The notes: a model not told the origin generated them from the sequence alone. A stretch of DNA of 64,000 nt from Ignavibacteriota bacterium (GCA_963787835.1 CAWBEI010000002.1:320001-384000); one strand, 5' to 3'; positions 30,244 to 38,470 are shown, counted from the first letter of the stretch. Translations and numbers: made by a program.

Positions 30244-30271
30244 ACGGGCTGGGGTGAAGTCCCAGCCCGTT
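30244..30271 (-). terminator. Hairpin after the transposase
   Basis: AACGGGCTGGG-GTGAAGT-CCCAGCCCGTT. Confidence 0.6.
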
Positions 30272-30284
30272 TGCGTTAACACGC

Positions 30285-31139
30285 TTAGTCAACCGTCAAA
30301 TCCCGTGTGTCAAGCAGGTCAACCAAGTCACCAATACTCCAAAGGTGATTCGTGAGTCCCGCCTTCATTGCAGGGGTCATTCTAAGGGACTGGTGAACCC
30401 TCACGAAATTGTAGTGCATGAAGTGCAAAGCGATTGATGCGATATGATGCTCAACGCTTTTCGAGAACCCATTCGTGAGCCGGGTAAAACGGCGCATTGA
30501 CATTCTCATTGTGAGGTTTTGACGCTCAACGATTGATGTAGAAATGTGATCGGCATTCGGATTTCCGAACTTCGGCTGTTTCTCAATGCTAATAACTTCA
30601 CCGGGGCTGTATCGCACGTCTGGCGAGTTGCCAGCACCTTTGCCATATTTCTTTACAAGCATTGCATAATCTACACCGTTGACGCCGAACGACTCACGAA
30701 CGGCGGTAAAATAATTTGCATGTGCGTCCGTTGTCAACTGAACGCGGTTAGCGAGACGGCTCGCTACATCACTCATGAACATATAGGCGTACTCTCCGTC
30801 ACGCCGTCCTACGAGCCATGAAATGATTAATTTGGAATCTGTATCAATGGCAGTCCAAGTCCACTGGGAACCAACATTGCCGGAAGCTCTCTCACCGTCC
30901 GTGCAATTAGCGTCTTTCTTTCCTACGAAGCTCCAAATCTCATCGGCCTCAACACGTTGCGCCGTGACACCCTTAACATTCTCATCGTGGAACTTCTCAC
31001 ACGCCGCACCTAAGTCAAGAAGGAGCTTAGAAATGGTATTCCGCGACACGTCAACCATGCGCGAAATCGCACGGATGGAATTGCCCTCGACAAGTGCCGA
31101 TACGATCTGAATTTGTTTGTCTCTGTTTAGCTTGTTCAT
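30285..31139 (-). CDS. IS1-like single-ORF transposase (HTH + DDE, no Zn finger)
   Basis: LVEGNSIRAISRMVDVSRNTI (HTH); VEADEIWSFVGKK; LTTD; HISTSIVERQNLTMRMSMRRFTRLTNGFSK. Confidence 0.9.
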   Translation of the reverse strand: MNKLNRDKQIQIVSALVEGNSIRAISRMVDVSRNTISKLLLDLGAACEKFHDENVKGVTAQRVEADEIWSFVGKKDANCTDGERASGNVGSQWTWTAIDTDSKLIISWLVGRRDGEYAYMFMSDVASRLANRVQLTTDAHANYFTAVRESFGVNGVDYAMLVKKYGKGAGNSPDVRYSPGEVISIEKQPKFGNPNADHISTSIVERQNLTMRMSMRRFTRLTNGFSKSVEHHIASIALHFMHYNFVRVHQSLRMTPAMKAGLTNHLWSIGDLVDLLDTRDLTVD

Positions 31140-31215
31140 GATAACTTAAACGGGTTACCCTAAGCATAAGTTTCAGTTTGTTTATTATTCTTCAAACAAA
31201 ATAGCATTCGTTAAG

Positions 31216-31470
31216 AAACCCGCGCCGGAACAATCCCGGCGCGGGTATGGTTAGTATAACCACGAGAGAAGCCGCCCGCCCGCAAAAGCAAACGGCTCCC
31301 CCTCCGTAACGCAAAAGCGTTACGCCTTTCACGGTAATCGTAAAAAGGGTGCTGGTGAAGCCACTAAAGGCTCTAACCGATTCCACGAAGTAGAAAGCGA
31401 CAGGAATCAGGCCACCAGCAAAATCAATATTAGGGGCTAATTTCGCCGTAGGAAGCGATTTTAGCCCTTT
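31216..31470 (-). ncRNA. Candidate structured non-coding RNA inside the transposon
   Basis: Six consecutive stem-loops, e.g. CGTAACGC-AAAA-GCGTTACG and a GCTGGTG...CACCAGC multiloop, ending in a terminator-like CCCGCGCCGG/CCGGCGCGGG hairpin. Confidence 0.45.
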
Positions 31471-31926
31471 TTATTCATCTTGTTTCGCTAAATTCCATTC
31501 TTTTAACCAGATTAAGTCGCCCTGACGCACGATTCTATCATCTTGTCCAACGCCGATAGCGAAGTTTCGGAATTCAAAAGTCTTGTTTCCGCTTCCCTTA
31601 TAGCCGTTTTTAACGAGGTGGTCGTATGCTTTCCTGAGAGAGTATTTGGCTGTTTTCTGTATTTTTAATAGCGCATAGGTCGCATTCGATGCCGTCATGC
31701 CAGTATAGAGTCCGGGCGACGGTAGATCGCCCTCATCCTCTTCATTCTCGGAAGCATCCTGTTCATCTTCATTTTCATCCGAAATCTCAATAAATTGTAG
31801 GAGTTCATCCGCCACGCCGGGTTTTAAGAATGAGGCAAGCCGATCATTCTCTTCCTTCAAAATCTCAATTTTTCCATCATTTTCAGCGATTTTAGCCCTA
31901 ATTTTGCTCTCTGAAAAGGTTATCAT
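31471..31926 (-). CDS. Hypothetical passenger protein (coiled coil, acidic linker, possible winged-helix C-terminus)
   Basis: Start MITFSE (31926) or ATG 31992; KIEILKEENDRLASFL heptads; DENEDEQDASENEEDE linker. Confidence 0.6.
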   Translation of the reverse strand: MITFSESKIRAKIAENDGKIEILKEENDRLASFLKPGVADELLQFIEISDENEDEQDASENEEDEGDLPSPGLYTGMTASNATYALLKIQKTAKYSLRKAYDHLVKNGYKGSGNKTFEFRNFAIGVGQDDRIVRQGDLIWLKEWNLAKQDE

Positions 31927-31995
31927 GATTTTCTCTGAATTATTTTTTGATGTTCTCGGTTCTATGGTTGCTACAAAATGCAAAACAGCCATTAG

Positions 31996-32072
31996 TAGCG
32001 GGGCGGGGGATCGAACCCCGCTCCTCTGGATCGAAAGTCCAGTGACCTACTGCCAAGTTAGTCTATCCCGCT
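31996..32072 (-). tRNA. Atypical tRNA-Glu(UUC)-like gene
   Basis: Cloverleaf: acceptor AGCGGGA/CCCCGCT, D stem GACT/GGTC with GG in a 12-nt loop, anticodon arm CTGGA-CTTTCGA-TCCAG, T arm CGGGG-TTCGATC-CCCCG, discriminator A followed by CTA. Confidence 0.8.
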
Positions 32073-32332
32073 GTTGAACTTAAAGGAATTGACCGAGTAA
32101 GCCGCCAAGCTTTTACCCGGTCTTTTTCGTTTAAGTGCACCCAACTAACCTTAACGGGTTCGAAAAGATTCATTAGTTAAATGGAAATAATGTAGTTAAA
32201 ATTTTAACGCCTCATTTCAGCAACAACAACTCGAAGCGTAAGACGTAGCTCAATACAGTTTTCAGCGCGTCAGATAAGGACGGAATCGACCCGAACGCGC
32301 CTGTATGACAATGAATAATTCCCACCACAGAT

Positions 32333-32566
32333 TCAATCTGTTTTCTTCTTCCACCGGGCTTTAGCCGCTTTTTTAGCAATCTCAGACCGCTTCTCGGCAC
32401 TTAGACGGGTCGCCCGAAGCTTTCCGCCCTCAGAACCCTTTTTTACGAATACTTCGCGGGGAATGGCTGTTTCTTCCTCGGTAGGCTCTATTTGACCCGT
32501 TGCATATTGCATGATCTTAAAAGCGCGTTGGTTTGGGTCACGGGGTAGTTTTTTGGGTTTTATCAT
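32333..32566 (-). CDS. Small basic transposon-associated protein (PRDPNQ / GGKxRA..LS..RSEIAKKAA.ARW family)
   Basis: Motif I recognise beside this type of IS1-like transposase (often auto-annotated histone-H1-like or RNA-binding); first gene inside the right TIR. Confidence 0.75.
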   Translation of the reverse strand: MIKPKKLPRDPNQRAFKIMQYATGQIEPTEEETAIPREVFVKKGSEGGKLRATRLSAEKRSEIAKKAAKARWKKKTD

Positions 32567-32650
32567 AACCCCTTAACGTTGCTTAGGGGGTAAGCATTGC
32601 TATAAAAAGTATAAAACACGAAACAATGGTTCCGAAAATGAGCCACTACC

Positions 32651-32731
32651 TGAATTGTCATTTAATGAACTCACCTCTTTCTTTCATGAACTTATGCAAT
32701 ATTTGTTCTTCCAGAAATAGGTGCTCTTAAT
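32651..32731 (-). repeat. First half of the bipartite repeat, right flank of the island
   Basis: 75/81 identical to 8460-8540; the 50 nt next to the TIR are identical. Confidence 0.9.
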
Positions 32732-32789
32732 ACCACTCTCTAATATACGACACTTTTCCCAGACGCCACGAAATTCGAAATTTTCTTTG

Positions 32790-33047
32790 ACCTCGGAGGC
32801 AGACGGCTCAAGCCATGCGGTGTAGCCTTGACCTTTAGGTCACAGTGTGATTTCTTTGTGCTCCGCGACCGTGGCCTGAAGGTCACGGCTATGCCGCTTC
32901 TTTCATTGGGGCGTGATTTGATCTGAGCCAATCATCGAAACCATCACACGAATCACATAAATCATAGTTCAGACTCGGAGGCGGACGACGCAAGCCGAGC
33001 AGTGTAGACGTGACCTACAGGTCACGGTATAAATTCTTTGCGCTCCG
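32790..33047. repeat. Cluster of GTAG-type REP-like units with ~75-bp direct repeats
   Basis: CTCGGAGGC.GACG.C.CAAGCC...GTGTAG.C.TGACCT..AGGTCAC.GT...TTCTTTG.GCTCCG near 32792 and 32974; inverted unit near 32869-32891. Confidence 0.7.
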
Positions 33048-33201
33048 GTCATAAATCCCCGCACGGACTGCTCCGCTCCCATATCTTCCACCACCGCGCG
33101 TTTAAATGTGGTTCGTCCGAGTGTTAGGATTGCCCTGAGCCTGTCGAACGGGTCTGGGAACCTGGGGCGTTCGGTGCCGTTCTTGAGTCCTCCAGCCTCC
33201 C

Positions 33202-33884
33202 GCTCCGTAGGAGCGCAATATTTGTAGCCCCCGGTTTCAACCGGGGGTTGAGGAGGGCACAGGAATCATAAGCTCCGGAGGAGCGGCATATCACCCCAGC
33301 GCGGTAAAATCGAACAAGTATCGTTCATCGTATGGAATACCAAACGCTTCGAGCAGCGCAATATACTCCTCACGGAATGTATGCTTTTTATGATGCGCTT
33401 CCTGATTCTGAATGTACGCGATGACATGGTCTAATTGGGAACGCGAATAGGAGAATGCGCCAAAACCCTCCTGCCAACAAAAATGCCGCGTCATCCACGA
33501 CTGCTCGTTCAGCCAGAGCGTTGAACTCGCCTTGATGTGCTTGACAAGATCCGAGATCGATTGATCGGGCTTCAAGCCAACCAGAATGTGGATATGATCC
33601 GGCTCGTTTTCAATTGCAATGAGTTTATGTTTGTGATTTTGAATGATACCCGTAATGTATTTTTGAAGTTCCTCTTTATGCTCGCGTGGGATGAGGTTTT
33701 CACGACCTTTGACAGCAAAAACAAGATGAATATAAAGTTGTGTGTAGGTATTGGCCATTTGGGTGATATTACGCTCCTACGGAGCTAAGGGGTATTATTC
33801 GTGCTCCGCAACCCCCGATTAAAATCGGGGGCTACAAAGATTAGGCTCCTAATGGAGCCATGTAATATTCCGCTCCTGGAGCTT
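33202..33884 (-). mobile_element. Y1-transposase locus flanked by inverted REP-like palindromes (RAYT-like layout)
   Basis: Left GCTCCGTAGGAGC...GTAGCCCCCGGTTTCAACCGGGGG; right CCCCCGATTAAAATCGGGGGCTAC...GCTCCTAATGGAGC. Confidence 0.65.
33291..33758 (-). CDS. tnpA: IS200/IS605-family TnpA (Y1 HUH transposase)
   Basis: YIHLVFAVKGR, PDHIHIL (HUH), FCWQEGFGAFSYS, YIQNQ. Confidence 0.9.
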   Translation of the reverse strand: MANTYTQLYIHLVFAVKGRENLIPREHKEELQKYITGIIQNHKHKLIAIENEPDHIHILVGLKPDQSISDLVKHIKASSTLWLNEQSWMTRHFCWQEGFGAFSYSRSQLDHVIAYIQNQEAHHKKHTFREEYIALLEAFGIPYDERYLFDFTALG

Positions 33885-34012
33885 AAAATCGCTCAAATTT
33901 TCTCCTGCACAATTCATAAAAATTTTCCAGTGCCATTTACGGCACCTTTGTGATTTGGTGCGGTGTTCCTGAATTCGGACTTATTTACGAAAACGGGTGT
34001 TCCACCCTGACC

Positions 34013-34044
34013 ACCCCCCAGCCCCCTCCTTGAAAAGGAGGGGG
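34013..34044 (+). repeat. CCCCCTCCT/AGGAGGGGG palindrome in the recA leader
   Basis: ACCCCCCAGCCCCCTCCTTGAAAAGGAGGGGG. Confidence 0.85.
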
Positions 34045-34079
34045 TAATAAAAATCTTTTAATCGGAAAGCACTTAAACT

Positions 34080-35168
34080 ATGCAAGACACAGCAACGAGA
34101 GACGCGCGTAAGAAAGCACTCACGATCGCGATGGACGCGATCGAGAAAAATCACGGCAAGGGATCGGTCATGCGATTGGGCGATCAGCCGCATGTGAAAG
34201 TGGATGTGATCCCCACCGGCTCGCTTTCCATCGATGCTGCGATCGGCATTGGCGGCGTGCCGCGCGGCCGCGTGATCGAGATCTTCGGACCGGAATCCTC
34301 CGGTAAAACCACGCTGTGCCTGCATATCATCGCGGAAGCGCAAAAGCGCGGCGGAAACGCTGCTTTTATCGATGCCGAGCATGCACTCGATGTGAATTAC
34401 TCGAAGCGTCTCGGCGTGAATGTGGATGAGCTTATTCTCTCGCAGCCTGAATTTGGCGAACAGGCGCTTGATATTCTTGAACAGCTTGTGCGTTCGGCTG
34501 CGCTCGATGTCATTGTTGTCGATTCCGTTGCCGCGCTTACGCCTCGCGCAGAAATTGAAGGCGAAATGGGCGATGCGCAGATGGGATCTCATGCGCGGCT
34601 TATGTCGCAGGCCATGCGGAAAATTACGGCCGTTATCGGCAAATCCGGTACGACGGTTATCTTCACCAATCAATTACGCTCAAAGATCGGCGTGATGTAT
34701 GGCAATCCCGAAACAACGACGGGCGGCAATGCGCTGAAATTTTATGCCTCGGTGCGCCTGGATATTCGCCGCCGCGATGTCATTAAAGAAGGCACGGAAA
34801 TTATTGGCAATCGCGTGCGCGTGAAAGTCGTGAAGAACAAACTTGCGCCGCCATTCCGCGAAGTGGAGTTCGATGTGCTCTACAACGAAGGCATCTCGAA
34901 AATGGGCGATATGATCGATGTTGGCATCGAGAACGACATCATTCAGAAATCAGGCTCGTGGTTCTCCTTCGAAGGCGAGCGCATCGGCCAGGGACGCGAA
35001 TCTGTCAAGGCATTCCTGAAAGAAAATGCGGATTCCTTCGCAAAAGTTGAGAAAGCTGTGAGGAAAAAACTTGGTATCGAGATCGAAGGAATCGCCGGCA
35101 ACCTTGCGACGAATGGTGCCGTCGCAGCGGGCGGGGTGATCGAGGAGAAGAAAAAGAGGGCCACCTGA
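34080..35168 (+). CDS. recA: Recombinase RecA
   Basis: [43 protein letters not shown]. Confidence 0.98.
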   Translation: MQDTATRDARKKALTIAMDAIEKNHGKGSVMRLGDQPHVKVDVIPTGSLSIDAAIGIGGVPRGRVIEIFGPESSGKTTLCLHIIAEAQKRGGNAAFIDAEHALDVNYSKRLGVNVDELILSQPEFGEQALDILEQLVRSAALDVIVVDSVAALTPRAEIEGEMGDAQMGSHARLMSQAMRKITAVIGKSGTTVIFTNQLRSKIGVMYGNPETTTGGNALKFYASVRLDIRRRDVIKEGTEIIGNRVRVKVVKNKLAPPFREVEFDVLYNEGISKMGDMIDVGIENDIIQKSGSWFSFEGERIGQGRESVKAFLKENADSFAKVEKAVRKKLGIEIEGIAGNLATNGAVAAGGVIEEKKKRAT

Positions 35169-35207
35169 ACCGGGATTTATGAGATGAATGGGATGTTTGG
35201 GATGGGT

Positions 35208-36182
35208 ATGAAACGATATCTTTTCATAATAGCAATTTTCGCATCATCCTGCTCGTCGAGTTCGACCTCACCAGGATCGGCTCCAAGCTATGGTTCGGGA
35301 GAGTTTGGTTTCACTGTGAACGGCCAGACCGTGGATCGTATCGGGGATGATAAAGGTACGGCCGCTTCGGCGACAATTGCAAGCAATTCTTGGCTAACAA
35401 TATCACTCACATACCCCGGTGAGCTACGAGGTTATGCAATGAATGGTGTAAACATAAGCCTGAAAATGTGGCAATTACGCACGGGCACTCTTGAAGTGAA
35501 AGGCAAATATAATCCTGTAACGCCGCAAGATTCAAATTGCGCAATTCCTTCGCTGCAGTATGTCGGTGTGGACGAATCAGTAGTTAGTACCTACCCGCAA
35601 GGGAGTGTGACTATAACGAAGATAGATACTTTGAATAACCTTGTCAGTGGTAGATTCCAATTCATTATAGACGATGCACCACTTCCTTACGATACCGTTA
35701 CCAATGGTTTCTTCAATGATGTTCCAATCATTACGGGTGGCGGAGGTTTTGCTGGATCTCTGTCTGGAATTCGGAACGATGACAATAATGGGGTATATCG
35801 CGACGACTCATTTCATTCCCCTAAAAATGGGATTGCATCAATAACATGTTACAAAGATGCTGGAACGAAAAATTTAGAAATTCAGGCCAATGTTTATTAT
35901 CCTGACGCAAGCTCTACCTATTTTAACATCACGCTGTACAATGCACAAGACGGATATTTCCCGTTTACCGGATACAGCGGAGGCGCATTCGGACTTTTTT
36001 CAGACAGTAATGGGGCGGATGGTGGCTTTTTCTCTGGTGGCATAACCATCACTAAATTTGATACTGTAAATCACCGATTTTCTGGATCATTTAGCATCAA
36101 TGCATCAGGTGGTGCGGGAGGGGTCACCTTCAATTCAACGTTCCAAGGCACAATCGATAGCGTCCGTTGGTATGATCTTTAG
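35208..36182 (+). CDS. Hypothetical lipoprotein with internally duplicated beta domain
   Basis: MKRYLFIIAIFASS-C; repeated G.(V/I)TITK.DT.N...SG.F motif. Confidence 0.7.
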   Translation: MKRYLFIIAIFASSCSSSSTSPGSAPSYGSGEFGFTVNGQTVDRIGDDKGTAASATIASNSWLTISLTYPGELRGYAMNGVNISLKMWQLRTGTLEVKGKYNPVTPQDSNCAIPSLQYVGVDESVVSTYPQGSVTITKIDTLNNLVSGRFQFIIDDAPLPYDTVTNGFFNDVPIITGGGGFAGSLSGIRNDDNNGVYRDDSFHSPKNGIASITCYKDAGTKNLEIQANVYYPDASSTYFNITLYNAQDGYFPFTGYSGGAFGLFSDSNGADGGFFSGGITITKFDTVNHRFSGSFSINASGGAGGVTFNSTFQGTIDSVRWYDL

Positions 36183-36296
36183 GTTTTCAGACCATTACTC
36201 GACCGATAACCCATCGGCCTACAACGCAAAGTCCATGCTTGCTGTTATGGGATCGACCGTCAATAAGTAAATTTTCAAAAATTGGAGAATATAAAA

Positions 36297-36701
36297 ATGC
36301 TTCGAAGATTACTTCTTATTTCAATTGCATTCACCCTTGTCGCGTGTGCAACGCCTTATGTTAAAAATGCCGGTGGGCTGTTCAGCGGGAGCGGTTATCA
36401 GGATATACCCATCGATTCCACCACCTACCGCATCGTCTTCTACGGAAGCCACGGCGCCACAAGCCTGGAGCAAGTGGATCGGTATGCGTTTTACCGTTCC
36501 GCAGAGCTAACAGAAGAAAAAGGCTACGATTATTTCATCATCCAGCAAAGTGGCGCGGATGAAAAGAATCGCATCGCGTGGAATACCGTACGCATGTTCA
36601 AAGGCCAGCCTCCTGAAAACGATTTTGCCACGTTCGATGCGCGAACGGTCATAAGGGAAATGGCCCCGTACATTCAGCGAGGCGAGGAAGGAGCTAAATA
36701 G
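36297..36701 (+). CDS. CC0125/CC1285-like lipoprotein 1
   Basis: LVA-C lipobox; GYQDIPIDSTTYRIVF...YRSAELT..KGYDYF. Confidence 0.75.
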   Translation: MLRRLLLISIAFTLVACATPYVKNAGGLFSGSGYQDIPIDSTTYRIVFYGSHGATSLEQVDRYAFYRSAELTEEKGYDYFIIQQSGADEKNRIAWNTVRMFKGQPPENDFATFDARTVIREMAPYIQRGEEGAK

Positions 36702-36783
36702 TCGGTATCCCATGTTTTGATTTTGTATTTGTGCTTTCTTTTCTTCCATTTTTTATTTCTTCAACCATTGCCGCTTTATCCTT

Positions 36784-37318
36784 ATGAAAAACAAACAGAG
36801 TGTCATCGCCGTGTTAGGGATCGGATTGTTGTTCTTAGCTTCCTGCGCTACAAAGTACGCACCAGCCACTGGCTCGTTTTGGGACGGCCATACCGGTTAT
36901 TCCGAGATCCCGCTCGATAGCACTATCTACCAAGTCACGTTCTGTGGTAATAATAATACCACAGATGAAGTTGTAAACCGGTATGCCCTTTACCGCTGTG
37001 CGGAACTTACCTCGCAGCGCGGGTTCGATTACTTCGAGGTACTCGATAATAACGATGTCGCCGCGATCACCTCGACCGTCAATCATAATAATACGCAGAA
37101 GACGGAAGTGGAGCACAAGGTCGATCCGCAAACCGGCAGAGTTGTCCCGGTGACCGTTACCACCAATAATGGAAGTTCCACCGTAACCACACAAGCTGCG
37201 CACACGGTAACGAAAACCATTCGGATGTTCCAGGGGGACCGTCCGGGCAGAAGACCCTAATGCCTTCGACGCCAAATCCATGGTTACAATGATGGCGCCG
37301 AGCATTCAGCGTCCATAA
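36784..37318 (+). CDS. CC0125/CC1285-like lipoprotein 2, +1 frameshift near 37245
   Basis: LAS-C; YRCAELTSQRGFDYF; removing one G in CCGGG restores the conserved tail AEDPNAFDAKSMVTMMAPSIQRP ending at 37318. Confidence 0.7.
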
Positions 37319-37339
37319 GAACGCAATCCTATCCTTGCC

Positions 37340-37759
37340 ATGAAAGGACTAGCACTTTTTCTATTATTCTGTTGCGGGCTACTGTTTTCTGCATGCTCCT
37401 CGCCCACGAGATACGCTGCCAATCCCGATCCCGCGCTTGGCAATTACGGTTATAGCGAGGTGCAGGAAGACTCCACAAGGTTCCAGGTTACCTTTGCTGC
37501 AAATTACCAGACACCGACGCAAACGGTAGATCAATACGCCCTTTACCGCTGTGCAGAGCTGACGGTACAACGCGGATTCGATTATTTTATCGTACTTCAC
37601 TCAAAGAATTCTACCTATCTGCTGGGCCGTCGCCGCGAACCTTCGACCACCAAGACCATCCGGATGTTCTTGGGCGAAAGTCCAAAAAGAAATCCGAACG
37701 CCTACGATGCAAAGACCCTGTTGGGCGTGATGGGCCCGAGCATCGAACGCGGAGATTGA
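37340..37759 (+). CDS. CC0125/CC1285-like lipoprotein 3
   Basis: FSA-C; GYSEVQEDSTRFQVTF...YRCAELTVQRGFDYF...PNAYDAK. Confidence 0.75.
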   Translation: MKGLALFLLFCCGLLFSACSSPTRYAANPDPALGNYGYSEVQEDSTRFQVTFAANYQTPTQTVDQYALYRCAELTVQRGFDYFIVLHSKNSTYLLGRRREPSTTKTIRMFLGESPKRNPNAYDAKTLLGVMGPSIERGD

Positions 37760-37762
37760 GGT

Positions 37763-38431
37763 ATGGAAGGCCGCATCACGTCGATCGTCCGGCAAAAGAA
37801 GGATAAAGCTCGCGCCTCGATCTTCTTGGATGAGGAATTTGCATTTGGTGTTTGCGATCAGACCGTCGAACAGTTCCGTCTTCGAAAAGGCGATTACATC
37901 GATCGTGAGATATTCGAAAAGATCACGCAGTTCGATCTTTTTGTGGAATCCAAACGCATTGCCCTCGCCTATTTGAATTACCGCGCCCGCAGCGAGAAAG
38001 AGATCCGTGAGCGGCTTCAAAAAGAAGACATTCCGGAACCCATCCTTTTACAAGTCCTGGAATTCCTGAAGGAACATAACCTGATCGACGATGAAGCGTG
38101 GTCCAAGTCCTTTGTGAACGATAAATTGATTCGGAAGCCGGTGTCTTCAAAACAATTAGCGTATGGCTTAGCCCAAAAGGGAGTATCGAAAGAAGTGATC
38201 GAAGAGACGATCACGGGTCTGAATGCGAACGAAAGCGACGAAAGCCGTGCGATGCGTGCCGCCGAAAAACGCTGGCCTCGCATTCTGAAAACTGAACCCG
38301 ACCCTCGAAAACAAAAGCAGAAACTCTACACTTTTCTCGCCGGACGTGGGTTCTCGTTTGAGACAATCAATGAAGTATATAAAAAAATTGCCATGGACGC
38401 AAAGGATAGCATGGACGATGGAGATGTTTGA
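37763..38431 (+). CDS. recX: Regulatory protein RecX
   Basis: SIFLDEEFAFGV, ALAYLNYRARSEKEIRERL, FLAGRGFS; downstream of recA. Confidence 0.88.
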   Translation: MEGRITSIVRQKKDKARASIFLDEEFAFGVCDQTVEQFRLRKGDYIDREIFEKITQFDLFVESKRIALAYLNYRARSEKEIRERLQKEDIPEPILLQVLEFLKEHNLIDDEAWSKSFVNDKLIRKPVSSKQLAYGLAQKGVSKEVIEETITGLNANESDESRAMRAAEKRWPRILKTEPDPRKQKQKLYTFLAGRGFSFETINEVYKKIAMDAKDSMDDGDV

Positions 38432-38470
38432 TCGCCCCATCATTCATCTTTCATCATTCAACATTGCCCC

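Larger units (their letters stand above)
22293..32650. mobile_element. Composite transposon-like island with IS1-like ends, IS1595 transposase, cargo genes and a tRNA-like gene
   Basis: Left end GGTACTGTCCTAATT, right end reverse complement GGTAGTGGCTCATTT; flanks rejoin into the repeat seen intact at 8460-8616 with TG duplicated; three transposase genes inside. Confidence 0.7.
29810..32650 (-). mobile_element. IS1-like (probably ISMhu11-type) passenger-carrying transposon, 2841 bp
   Basis: 22-bp TIRs GGTAGTGGCTCAGTTTGGGAAC (29810-29831) and reverse complement GGTAGTGGCTCATTTTCGGAAC (32629-32650), 20/22 identical; intact transposase inside. Confidence 0.88.

Noticed and set aside
31996-32072. 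tRNA as an integrase attachment site
   Set aside because: It lies about 580 bp inside the TIR, no duplicated 3' tRNA fragment was found, and the island has no integrase
31216-32330. Guide sequence complementary to the insertion target within the transposon's non-coding regions
   Set aside because: Best match found by eye was about 6 nt (GAATTG near 32086), expected by chance
33291-33758. TnpB/IscB RNA-guided nuclease system
   Set aside because: No tnpB or iscB ORF adjoins tnpA
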